DNA of 64,000 nucleotides from Vairimorpha necatrix (GCA_036630325.1 CP142732.1:930001-994000), one strand, 5' to 3'; positions 53,383 to 64,000 are shown, counted from the stretch's first letter. Notes: generated by a model from the sequence alone, not told the origin. Numbers and translations: made by a program.

Positions 53383-54014
53383 TTAAAAATCAAGTTGAAG
53401 TATTAAATATTTTACAAAATTAAAATTGCATGAATTGCAATAATTTAGAAAAAAAAACAAAATCCAGACAGCATGTAAAAACCTTTGACATTCTGTTACT
53501 TATGTTACATACCTTAAAGCTCAATTTTAGTATTTAAAATACTACATTAAAGAATATCTTCATTTGTTAAAAAGTTAAAGATAACACGCTTCATTCCTGA
53601 GTAAAGACCTTACAGGGCCAAGTAAATTCTACGCCATACATCAAAAGATAAAACTAAATATTTATATTTCTATAATTTATCTAAGCCTGTTTTCAAAACT
53701 ATCTTTCATTTACTAAAAAAAAACTATAAAACTTTCATTGTTTTTAAGAAAAGCCACCCAGCAAATAGAAACTTTAACAGCCAATAACTTGTGATACACG
53801 CCAGCATACCATAAAGGCCTTGCTTGTAGGAGAAAAAGTATCCCTTAGGATTAGAACCACAAACATTCCTGTCTGTGACATGCGTTCAGCAGGGTTCTAA
53901 GAGAATAACACGTCTGACCCACTCGTCAGTTAAGAACCTAACTAGTTTAACGTAAATGCTACGGTACCAGCAGCTTGCCATACCTCCCCCAGGTAAAAGT
54001 GTGTTTTTTTTATT

Positions 54015-57000
54015 CTAGATTTCTCTAGATCTGTTCTGGCTTACAAGCCTTTCCTTTTCTCGTATAACGATATATCGTTGTACAATCATCTTGTCTAAGA
54101 ACTCTACTCTTACAAGTAGAGACCTCCTTTTATCAAAGCAAGTTTTGATGCCATTAATGTTACCAATAATCATCTTAACTAACTCCTCTTTTGTTTGAGT
54201 TGAAGATCTCAACTCATATATTCTATTCTCATATAGAGATCTTGTGTTAGAGAGCGTCGGACAGTCTAACAAGAAGTGTTCAAGGTCTTCTCGTTCTCCC
54301 TCACATAGGAAACAATGAGTCCTATAAAAAGGAGGGATTCTGTTGGCATTAGCCAATGCAGAAGACCATCTAATAAATTACACCGAAGCCTGGTGTAATT
54401 CCTGATCTGCCTGTTGTTTACTTTTGATAGTATGTGCTTAATCTGCGAGTCACAGATTCCATACTTATCTGCTACTAGAGCACCTAAGGTGGTGTTGTAG
54501 GAACCCCTCGCCTTAAGTACCTCTAAAATCTTGTTCTTGTCTATAATGTAGGCAATGCTTTCATAATCGTTCCCGATATATCTCTTACACCAACGTCTAG
54601 TCCTCGAACTCCACGTTGTTTTCCTTTCCCTCGGAGGTTGGTTAATAAATTCCGAGATAATCGATTTATTGTGTTTCCACTTCCTTAATCTACTTAGGGC
54701 AGCCTGAACGTGAACTCTATTCTACAAAGTTCGTCCATTATCCTATCTAATGGCACTATCTTGGTTCGAAATTTCATTCGGATCGCTTTTCTTAGGATTC
54801 TATTGATCCCACCAGACCTTATACTAGACATCCCCCATAATTCACTTCCGTACATTAGTGAGGGCAATAGCACATTTTTTATTAATATACCTTTAAAAGC
54901 TATATTAATTCCTTTATTTAGAAGCTTTGGTTTCAAGACTTCTAAAGCTTTTTTGCCTCTGAAGGCTCCATCCCTTACTAGGTGTTCTTCTACAGTTGAT
55001 CTTTTTATAAGAACACCCAAATACCTGTATTCGGCGACTTTACCGATTTTTCCAAAGTCAGTCTTGATAGCGACATCTACCGACTCGGATCTATTATTGG
55101 CATCCCATACTAAGATACCACTTTTGTCACAGTTGATCTTCATACGATTCTCAACTGCCCATCTGCTGATTTGACATACTTTGTGTTTCAAATCAGCAAG
55201 AGTATTGCCTAGAACTAGGATGTCATCTGCAAACATTAGTCCGAGCAGGCTTATATTTGAGCGAGGAACGCTCAATCCCGTGATACCGTCAAAATATCAT
55301 TTATGAATAGATTGAACAGCGTAGGAGAACAGGGGCGCCCCTGTCTCACACCTTTTTTGTAGAGATATCCACTACTTGTGTCTCCGTTTATACGGATTCT
55401 CATCTCAGTATTTCCATAGATATCTTTCAGTGTGTTTATAAGATATCTTGGAATACTATACCTTTCTAGCTTATTAAATAGTAGCTCATGGCTAACATTA
55501 TCGTAAGCTTTTTCAAAGTCAATAAAACATAGAAATATTTGTTGACTTCGAAATTCTCTTCTTTTAACCACCTCCAGCAAGGTTGCAATCTGATTCATAC
55601 ATTCTTCTCCTGCTCTAAATCCGGCTTGGAAAGGAGAAAGAATGTTCTTTTCTTCAACAAACTGTGTAAGTCTATCGTTTACTATTTTTAAGTAAATTTT
55701 GATAATTGTGTTAATTAGCGCAATTCCTCTATAGTTGTTGAGATCTGACACATCTCCTTTTTTATGGAGGCAAATCATGTCAGCAGCACTCCAGCTAACA
55801 GGAGGGCTGTCTCCTGTTAGTATTCTATTGAACTCGTTTACTAGGAACAGGGACAGCTTTTTATCTACTAAACTAGGTTTAAGTAGTACCTTGTATAGCT
55901 CGGTTGGAATCTCATCCGGTCCAGCTGCCTTGTTGTTACCACAGTTATTAGTGGCTCTCAATAATTCCTCCATAGTGATGTTCTCTGGAGTATCCCTTTC
56001 GATATTTTTTTGATAGACATTTTCAACGTCTGAAATTGAGTTAGCTAGATTAGCGTAAAAGTCATTGGCTATCTCTAACTTCTTTTTATGCTCGTTATGA
56101 GCCATGCCTGATACATCTTTCAAGCAAACATTGTCTAATCTAACAGTGACGTTAGAAGAACTTTTCAACCATTTCCAGAAGTCTCTGGATCTGTTACTTT
56201 TATAGAGCTCAATGCCCTCGAAGGCCCAAAGTTTGGCTCGATCTTTCCGAACTTTTATCTTTGTTGCCTTAATCTTATCCTTCAGTAACATGTACCTATG
56301 CACAGACGTTACGGACCTATTCGTTAGCATACGCTTAGTAGCATATCTAAAACTTTTAAAGACATTTACGTGTCTCCATCTGATGGGCAGCCCTTTGAAT
56401 GTCCCCACTTTACTGTATATCTTGGAGGATATACGAACGTCTTTTAAAACTCTAGAGAGTTAATCTAGTGTGAATGTTTTTTCATTCAACTTTCTTGAAA
56501 GCTTAGCTTTCATTCCTGGATGCTCAAGTTTCTTCCTATTGTAGGCAAATGACCGTTCTCTCACTGGAGAAGAAAGAGATATCATTCTCTTCAGCAAGAG
56601 ATGATCACTTACCGTCCATCTTCGAGAAATTGTTACTTTCTCGTTGTCCTGAATTAAGACCCTAAATATCGTATCAATACGTCTTTTAGAGACTTGTCAT
56701 TCACTCAGGATTTTTGTCCCTGATAACCTGTTATAGTTTATTGCGGGGCTTAACCCTGCGATAGCAAGCTTCTTTTTGAGGGAAGAATCATTAGTATTCA
56801 TATCCCCCATCACTACAATCTCCTTATAGTTTCTTTTATCCCTCTCAACTCTAAGAAGGTTGATTACTTTACTTAGAGTTTCGGCCTTTAACTCTCTCTC
56901 TTGTGGAACGTAAACATTGATTATTAAGACCTTTGTCCATCCCGTACAAGTTTTGAATTCAACGACAGTTTGTAGAATATTGTCGTCATCCCGATTTTTG

Positions 57001-57560
57001 GAACATCTTACTGCCCCGTCTTTTCTGACTAGAGTCATTAGACCTGGCCGATTCTTTCCTATGGCTGGTGTCTCCACCACCATATACTTTTCTAGTCTCG
57101 TAGAACCTAAGGATTTCTTCCAAGTTTCTTGAAGACACAAGACTGTTGGCTTTTCTACTTTAAGGAGGATTTCCAAGTCCTCCTTCTTTCCGTAGAAATG
57201 GTTGATGTTAAGACTATAGAGCTTGGCCTTCTCTATGGACTTGCATCTTCTTTTATTCTCCACCCTATCACGAGTCGGAATTTCTTTTAATATTTCTAGG
57301 CCAAGTATATCCATGGCTTCAGAAATTTCTTTTTTTCTTGACCTTCTGACTATGCAGAAGGTGAAGTTATCATCTTTTCTGCGATGCTTTCTGGTATATA
57401 TAAGAGAGTCCGATAATCCCGTTGACACTCTGTCTAACTGTTGTCGGAGTTCTTCTCCATTGATATGGTTGGCCATTGTTTTAACTAGACATAGACTTTT
57501 TTGAATGCTTGTTTCTAGCATTCTTGCTTTTATACGATGTAGGCATGAGATTTGAATCAT
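54015..57560 (-). pseudogene. LINE ORF2: AP endonuclease, reverse transcriptase and C-terminal CCHC finger (several frameshifts)
   Basis: SLNIN, LCLQETW, INVYVP, MGDMN and SDH (APE); KAAGPDEI, YRGIAL, QAGFR, FIDFEKAYD, GVRQG and MFADD (RT); CFLC..EDLEHFLLDC. Confidence 0.92.
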
Positions 57561-58630
57561 AACTTACATCCTTACTTTTATTAGTAAAGTTACTAACTTT
57601 TGGTATATTGTTGGGTAGACAATAATTTTTTGTACAGCTTAGAAGCCGTATAACTTGTTTTTTATTAAAATATATATTATTTAATAAAATTCTTTTAATA
57701 ATAGGATTTCTATCAGTGTTCCATGTGATGTTTACTATCAACTTTCATGTCTTTCCTGAGCTGTTCTATATTCAGCTCGGAAAGGAAGAACTCTTTATGG
57801 CTTACTGTAGAATTATCAGATAGCCCCCTTTTTATAACTTTTATTGCCTTATCAACAGGCACATACTTCTTCCAATTTTGACGAAGATCGGAGAATATTT
57901 TCGTCAAAGCTGATCTGTTCCTAGAGATGTAGTCGCCTACTTCGTTTTCGGCAACTAATACTCTTACATTTTCTGAAGAGCTCCCTAGAGTTTCTGCAGC
58001 TTGAAAGCAGAATTCATCTCTAATGAGAAGGATTCTACCCTCTCCTTCAATGTCTTTTACTAGAGGAATATTCTTTTCCTCTATGCCTATTCTTTTGGCC
58101 CAGGTCTCCCTAATGATGTATTCTCCTCGGGGGAAACCATAAGCGACTACAATTTTGTATTTGCAGTCCTTGAGCCTCTTTCCGTTGATTGCTAGGTCTA
58201 GCAACTCTTCTCTGGATAGCTTATCTAACCAATTCGGCTGTTTCTTCCTCGATGTGTGAGGAGGAGGTACCTTAAGCGAAGAAGTTTTCTTCATCTTGAA
58301 TTTGCGCTCAGTCAAAATTTTCGACTTTGCACAACCTTCTATATATGACAGTAACAAATCATCTTTCAGTATTTTTTTTACAAGTTTTAGAACTTGAAGC
58401 GGGTACTTTCAACTGTTTCGTGTCACAGTTGAAGTTCTTTTTTATACCTTCTAGGAATGGGGCAACCCTATTGGCATCTGCTGTTTTTGAAGTTTTTGAG
58501 GCATCAGCTTTTTTTGAAACCTTAGGTTTCATATCACAATTTTTAAGAATGATTGTCCAGTCATTCTCCGTCTTTTCTGTTAGAAGAATATCTTTCTTCA
58601 ACAATTTCCTGTTTCCTTTTACGGCGGCGG

Positions 58631-59427
58631 CGGGGTGCCCTTAGCACAGTGGTAGAATGCTATGCTTCCATTGAGCAATGGCTGGGTTCTATTCCCAGGG
58701 GCACCAAAATTGTTTCTACTTTCTATGATGCAGTTGGAACAACTCAGATGATGAAAATGTCCACGATAATCATTTTTATTCAAAATAACTGATGTGTGTC
58801 CAGCCACAAGGGCATTAGCATCTAGTGTAGAAACGCACCTCAAGGCCAAAAAGCAGTATCGCCCTTTGGTGACTTAATGATACATAAAAGTATCTAATGG
58901 GTGCGGCCTAGTTGGAGCCCATGGCTGGTGCACTCTAGAGTGGGATTCTAGAGCTAACTAAGAGACTAGACGAAGTAGGGCAATAAAAGGTCTCGTGGAC
59001 CCTATCCTACAAGATTCTGTAACACGGTGGCCGAAACTAGTGGGAGACTGGTGGTCAACGCAGCCCAATAAAAACGCCGGGCTGGGGATGTGGTCGTGTA
59101 AGGAGCCGTGTGTGCAATACAGATGATTGTAGGGACCTTTGAGTCAGTACGATGATGTCTCTCCTCGGGTTATAGATAACCATGCCCGTTAAGTATATCC
59201 GCTGTGAGGTCACTCTGGACGCGATTTGAGGTATAAATGGAAAGTGTTCTCCTGGAGCCAAAGTCCAATGTATACGACGGAGCTTGCTGCACCGGCAAGT
59301 TGTATGGAGAGAGTTTTAGTGAGTAAGAATCTCACAGTACCAGTTGGATGAGGATCACACTTAAATCCCTCTGGTCCCTATGTAAGGTTTCTCCCTACCT
59401 CTTACTTGCAAGGAAAAAAAAAAAAAA
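58631..59427 (+). mobile_element. tRNA-derived SINE with poly(A) tail and 13-bp TSD
   Basis: TSD TTTACGGCGGCGG at 58618-58630 and 59428-59440; tRNA-like head at 58634-58706; A14 tail at 59414-59427; no convincing ORF. Confidence 0.85.
58634..58706 (+). other. tRNA-like SINE head (pseudo-tRNA with Pol III A and B boxes)
   Basis: Acceptor GGTGCCC/GGGCACC, A box TAGCACAGTGG, T-arm CTGGG-TTCTATT-CCCAG (B box with one mismatch), imperfect anticodon arm with CAT at the loop centre. Confidence 0.8.
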
Positions 59428-60464
59428 TTTACGGCGGCGGTTACCTTCCGTAAAAACACATTAAAGGCATTGGATGATGGTATCTTTGAACCAGTAACCT
59501 TTATTTGCTCTTTATCTTGAGCTTTAGAGAAGACACCAAACTTCTCCTTTTCCTTTTTTTGATCAGTACGATCAGCTTTTATGGTGATTGGTTCTTCACA
59601 CCCTCCTTTTTTTGCAGTGAGAATCATGTCAATTCTTTGCTCTAATCTTTCATTTGAAGCCTTTAGGGCATCAATTTGTGTGTTGAGTTAATTTCTCATT
59701 ACAGAAATCTCAATCTCGTGCTGCTTCTTCAAGTTTTTAAGCTTGAATCTCTGTTCATTATGCTCTTCACAGATGGCATCTAAGTACTCCTGATGAATAC
59801 TTATCACTCCATGTGAACTCTTACAATAGACAAGGCTAGCCATCAGCCCAGCTCTCCCACAGTACCTTTGGTTGGCATTTCTGCCTTCTTCTATCTTTAT
59901 TCTGTTGAATAAAGTCTCTGTTTGTGACCAGAATTTTATCAATTCTTGGTCTGTGTGAATAGCAGCATTGCGAAAGCTGCCAACTTCACAATCTAGTTTG
60001 TAGCCTTCCAATACTAGTGATTTACAATTTCTTGTACTCCAGAGGTCGATAAGTCGGCCCCAATCTCGCAAGTTTCTTCCTCCTTTTTTTTGCGTTTGGT
60101 GAACCCCATTTTTTGGTTTTAAATTCTACCTTTCATTTACTAACTTTAAAAATTAGTCATTTTATTTTCCACATAATCCACGATGTTTCCTCCTGCAAAT
60201 AGATCTAATTCCCTTAAAATATAAATGATAATACTAATTAGGCTAGTGACCGAAGGTTAGTAAGACTTAAGAGATTTGCACCTAGTTATAAAACATCAGT
60301 CATCGCTGAATCAACATTGAGTTTACATATCGTGATAATTAATAAAAAAAGATAGTAAATATTTTCCTATGCAAAACAGGGAATTATTAGTAAAATCTCG
60401 AAATTATACTTCTTGATTAAAAAAAATAAAAATGTTTATTGTAAAAAGACAGATCAGCAAAACG

Positions 60465-60925
60465 AAGAAAAGTCACCAAGTCACCAAAAACTTCACCAAT
60501 AAGAAAAAACATCAATATTTGCGTTTACACGCCAGCATACCTTGACGGCTCGATTGTAGGATAAATATTGTTTTCGTAGGTAACAGATCCTTAGTCATAT
60601 CTGACTACATATTTCGCGGACCTATGAAAACACAACGACTGGTTTAATACACCATTCAAGAACACAACTCAGTTTAGCGGAAAAAAAAGCTTCAGTATCA
60701 TACCCAAGCTCTTCTAGGTTAAAAATATGAAGAATTACTCGAAAGTTAACTGAGTCCTTCTTACCAGCAATGGGTCTTACCTTCCTACAGTATAGCTGAC
60801 CCTACTTACCAACCAGCAGCCGAAGGTTTGTAAAACTTAGAGATTTGCGCCTAGTTAAAAAAAACATCGATTTTTCCCTCCGCGACGCGGACGCTCTCTT
60901 GTGGAGGGCTTATACTTCTTGATTA
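60465..60925 (-). mobile_element. Short non-coding element built from LINE-like 5' and 3' termini (non-autonomous derivative)
   Basis: 60910-60925 is identical to 60404-60419; 60820-60868 resembles 60250-60297; 60465-60722 resembles 53746-53998 (16 nt identical at 60526 and 53795). Confidence 0.7.
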
Positions 60926-61054
60926 GCTTTTTAATGTAATTTAGTTAATTACAGTCCAAAACTAAAAAGTTTGAATAAATTCAAGCCTAAATTATCAATG
61001 TTACACTACATTGATTTACTCAAATACTAATAGTTTTTAACTTAATTAATTTAT

Positions 61055-62764
61055 TTAGATTTCTGCTTCAACTGATTTTGTAGCAACAGAACTATCAGAT
61101 TTTTCTAGTTTATTTTTTGTAGAACTAAATAAGTCGATGTCAATTGGGCAATTATTATCAATTGATTCTTTATATTTCCTGTTAAGATAGAAAACTGAAT
61201 AGAACCAAATCACACAGAAACAAATCAAAAGACAGAAAGAAATTGGTGCCGCTTTACGAATATCCCTAGTTTGTAAGAGTCCTGTAATTATGAGACCATA
61301 AATTGACCCGAAAGATTTTCCTAATTTCCCGAATATTCCGTCGAAAATTCCCTTGTATTTCGCCCTAAGAGACCCGTCAATTTGCATAGCCAAGGCTTCT
61401 TTGGTGATGTCAAATGCGGCGTATTTAGAAATCTTCATAAGTGAGACACAAATCACGCCTACTAGATTTTCCAATTTGATTAAAGAAGTCGTAGTATTGA
61501 GTTTGAGACTCTTGAAAATGATATTATCTTCCCCGTTAGTAATTGGGTAATTAAAAAAGGCAAGAGAGAAAGTACCGAGAGTACAAAATAGAGTGATAAT
61601 TGGGCATAAAATTGCAATGAAAATCCAGCCTTTAGTCTTGACTAATCTTGGGAAAGGAGTAAGAAGTAAAAGCATAACAAGAACAGCGACTCCTAGTTGT
61701 TCAAAGGCAGTGTAAGTCTCAGTGTACGCACTTTTAGATTGGCCAGTTTCTTTGGCCCCGACAGTCAAGGCCATTTTGTAGGCACCTTCGATTACATTAG
61801 TAGAAATGGAATAGAAAAGGACAATTCCAGAAATATTAAGAAGAAGTTTAGATTTACTCATTTCTATTAATCCTTCCATGAAACTTACTTTGACTTTATT
61901 CTTCTTTTTAGTCACAGTCTTCCTGACGAATATTGGCTTATTTGTCACGTTAAATTCCAAATAATTTTTCAAGGCATAAATTACGAAACATAAAATCCCG
62001 CATACGAAAAAGAAGCCATTAAAAATCATCTGTGCCTTAGCGTAAGTCATCATTGGTTTGTATTTATTAAAAGTCAAAATTCCTAGTCCTGATAAAAAGA
62101 GGGCGAGATTTGCTCCCACATAAAACAAAGGGACAAATCTTGCACTTTGCCCTGGAGTGTTGAGCCCGTTAGCAAAAGTCATGAAAAGATAAGAAAGAAT
62201 CAAACTACCAAATAACTCTGACAGTACATAAATGAATGAACTAGTCCATTCATTACACACTAAAGCAAATCCAAACAAGAAATCAATGCCTTTTACCACG
62301 CACTTAGCATCTGCGAATTTATCTCTGGCCCAGAAGGGTCTCAATAAAATGTAAGTATGTTTATTATTAAACAATAAAACACTCAAGACACAAAAAGATA
62401 CTCCGAAAATAATCAGCACTGCATTAAATATCTTAGAAAAAGGATATTTGTCAAGATATTTCTGGATAACTCCTACAGAAATAACAGACAAGGGTAAAAT
62501 GACGAAGAACTTGAGAAATTGGATAGAAGTGAAATGTTGTCTGCCCAAGACAGCAGAATCTTTGAAGACTCTGGCCACTGAATAAATAAAAGAAATGAAG
62601 AAGAACATGAGGGCCATAATCCAGAACATCTTCCTTTCTGCTTTGGCTACTCTTACAAATCTGTAGAGAGACTTGCCATTGTTGGCTTGGTATTCTATTT
62701 CATCTTCTGAAGGAAGTCTGGCATTTTCATCTAAAGGAATATTTTTTGAATCTTCAGACGACAT
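61055..62764 (-). CDS. NTT: Nucleotide (ATP/ADP) transporter, TLC/NTT family
   Basis: Multi-TM protein with YSVARVFKD, SELFGS, KISKYAAFDITKE and YKGIFDGIFGKLGKSFGS; CCCCATAAAA-ATG start. Confidence 0.95.
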   Translation of the reverse strand: MSSEDSKNIPLDENARLPSEDEIEYQANNGKSLYRFVRVAKAERKMFWIMALMFFFISFIYSVARVFKDSAVLGRQHFTSIQFLKFFVILPLSVISVGVIQKYLDKYPFSKIFNAVLIIFGVSFCVLSVLLFNNKHTYILLRPFWARDKFADAKCVVKGIDFLFGFALVCNEWTSSFIYVLSELFGSLILSYLFMTFANGLNTPGQSARFVPLFYVGANLALFLSGLGILTFNKYKPMMTYAKAQMIFNGFFFVCGILCFVIYALKNYLEFNVTNKPIFVRKTVTKKKNKVKVSFMEGLIEMSKSKLLLNISGIVLFYSISTNVIEGAYKMALTVGAKETGQSKSAYTETYTAFEQLGVAVLVMLLLLTPFPRLVKTKGWIFIAILCPIITLFCTLGTFSLAFFNYPITNGEDNIIFKSLKLNTTTSLIKLENLVGVICVSLMKISKYAAFDITKEALAMQIDGSLRAKYKGIFDGIFGKLGKSFGSIYGLIITGLLQTRDIRKAAPISFCLLICFCVIWFYSVFYLNRKYKESIDNNCPIDIDLFSSTKNKLEKSDSSVATKSVEAEI

Positions 62765-63538
62765 TTTTATGGGGTAAAAAAAAGCAAAAAATTTATAAAT
62801 AAAAAAGGAGAGAACTCCTTTTTAAAATCAAGAAATGCATATTGAAAATATTTAATATTGAATTAAATTATTATTTATGTATGCCAAATAAAATATTTGA
62901 TCATATATTGTTTATGCATCATATATTATTATGCATGTAATAAATCTATCTTTATTATTGTTTATGCATAAATTAATTCTGTCTTTATTATTTTAATGCA
63001 TAAATAAATCTATCTTTTTTATTTTTTCTTTGTTTATTCTGTCTTGGTTATTTTTATGCTGTTATAATTTATCTTAGTACCAGACTTTGTTTGTTTGTAC
63101 ACGTCATATTTGTAATTAACATATATTGACACTTTACATATAAAAATGTATTAATGTTATTTTTTCATAATATTTTTACTAACTATAAATAAAAAATTTA
63201 ATTTTATTTTGCATGACAATAAAAAACAAAAGAGAGATTTTTGGTACTAAATTTCCACTATTGAAAAATATTACTTAGTTTGTTAAAATTAAGTCTGTCT
63301 AGATTTGATAACTTTCCCCTTTAATTTTGTGTATAACACTTTGATCTTAATTAGATTGTCTTATTAGAGTAGGCAAGTACTTCCTTGACTAATTTAATAG
63401 AAATATAGAGAGCATAAATAAATAAGTCCGATGTATTTAAAAAGGAATATAAATATTGTATCTACATTAGTAGATTAGACTAGACATAATTTTTAGATAA
63501 ATCTATAAAATTTTATATTTTGTTTGTTTTTTGCCCTC

Positions 63539-64000
63539 ATGAGCATCAAAGATGAAATTTACAATATTTTCAATGCTGACGGTAAAATCTTACAAATAGA
63601 ATACGGCCTTGAGGCCGTAAACAAGTCTCTGCCTCTAGTAGTCCTAAAGAATAAAAACATGATAGTCTGCGCAGCCAAGAAGAATCAAGGCCATCTTCTT
63701 GAGGACGAAGTCCAGACAAGTTTCCAGCCCATCTACCCCAATTTATATTCCGCTTTTACTGGAAACTGGGCTGATGTTTTCTACGTAAACTCAAAAGCCA
63801 AAGATCTCGCCCACTACGCCTCGTACAAGTTGGGCTTCTCAGTGACCCCTGACATCTTATGCAGGAAATTAGCCGACGAATTGCAGCCTCTAATTCAGTC
63901 TACTGGAGAGAGGGCACCCGCTTTTGCGGGCGCCCTCTTCGGGTTTGATAATGGCAAACCTGTCGTCTACATGACTAATATCTCGGCAGTGTGTTATCCC
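63539..64000 (+). CDS. 20S proteasome alpha subunit (likely alpha-1/PSMA6), truncated by window end
   Basis: Not in the ORF track. MSIKDEIYNIFNADGKILQIEYGLEAVN...FTGNWAD...YKLGFSVTPDILCRKLAD...QSTGERAP; CCCTC-ATG start. Confidence 0.88.
   Translation, partial: MSIKDEIYNIFNADGKILQIEYGLEAVNKSLPLVVLKNKNMIVCAAKKNQGHLLEDEVQTSFQPIYPNLYSAFTGNWADVFYVNSKAKDLAHYASYKLGFSVTPDILCRKLADELQPLIQSTGERAPAFAGALFGFDNGKPVVYMTNISAVCYP

Larger units (their letters stand above)
57713..60110 (-). pseudogene. LINE ORF1 (basic/coiled-coil), frameshifted and interrupted by a SINE
   Basis: Fragments 59688-60071, 59361-59627, 58359-58604 and 57713-58357. Removing 810 bp rejoins ...RKVTAAV|KGNRKLLKKD in frame. Confidence 0.7.
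53746..60419 (-). mobile_element. Full-length but frameshifted APE-type non-LTR retrotransposon (LINE)
   Basis: 5' UTR ~60419-60111, ORF1 fragments ~60110-57713, ORF2 APE/RT/CCHC fragments 57560-54015, then 3' UTR. Ends were inferred from homology with the element at 60465-60925. No TSD identified. Confidence 0.85.

Noticed and set aside
53905-53935. Hammerhead-like CTGACGA in the LINE 3' UTR (minus strand)
   Set aside because: No stem II followed by GAAA; the motif is part of a simple hairpin.
58634-58706. Functional tRNA-Met(CAT) gene
   Set aside because: T-loop is TTCTA rather than TTCGA, there is an extra base after the acceptor stem, the anticodon stem is imperfect, and it sits at the 5' end of a TSD-flanked poly(A) insert. 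Better explained as a SINE head.
58748-58792. C/D box pair (ATGATGA...CTGA) behind the tRNA head, as in tRNA-snoRNA dicistrons
   Set aside because: Only 45 nt long, weak terminal stem and no identifiable rRNA guide.
58619-59261. Track ORFs 58619-58849, 58553-58792 and 59055-59261 as LINE proteins
   Set aside because: They lie wholly or largely inside the SINE insert and are chance ORFs in GC-richer sequence.
1738-61550. Numerous 60-240 aa antisense or overlapping ORFs in the track (e.g. 25354-26082, 29327-29836, 54710-55174)
   Set aside because: They are shadows of well-supported genes on the opposite strand or in another frame.

Overview
AT-rich, gene-dense eukaryotic DNA with microsporidian hallmarks, most like Nosema/Vairimorpha: short divergent proteins, CCC-type motifs just before ATGs, an NTT nucleotide transporter and a 24-nt intron right after the ATG of RPL27A. 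Housekeeping genes include an ARS2-like fragment, RNR1, TAF12-like, NIP7, RPL27A, a RAD51 paralogue, RPB9, a FYR-domain protein, YSH1/CPSF73, kinesin, CLASP/STU1, SPB4, DHR1, ESA1, eIF2B-epsilon, a reduced dynein heavy chain, an importin-7/8-like protein, CCT7, RPA1, NTT and a partial proteasome alpha subunit. There are also tRNA-Leu(AAG) and tRNA-Asp(GTC) genes. Two accessory regions stand out. At about 6.5-19 kb lie a Merlin transposase relic, decayed signal-peptide genes and a Ginger2/TDD-like transposon with intact TIRs and a 5-bp TSD. At about 53.7-60.9 kb lies a nested retroelement cluster: a frameshifted APE-RT LINE whose ORF1 is split by an ~800-bp tRNA-headed SINE with poly(A) and a 13-bp TSD, preceded by a ~460-bp non-coding element made of LINE-like 5' and 3' ends. 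A palindrome, GTTTGTTTGTT(AA)AACAAACAAAC, paired with TTTATGCA recurs 50-90 bp upstream of three unrelated genes. All family calls come from motif recognition by eye, not from database searches.
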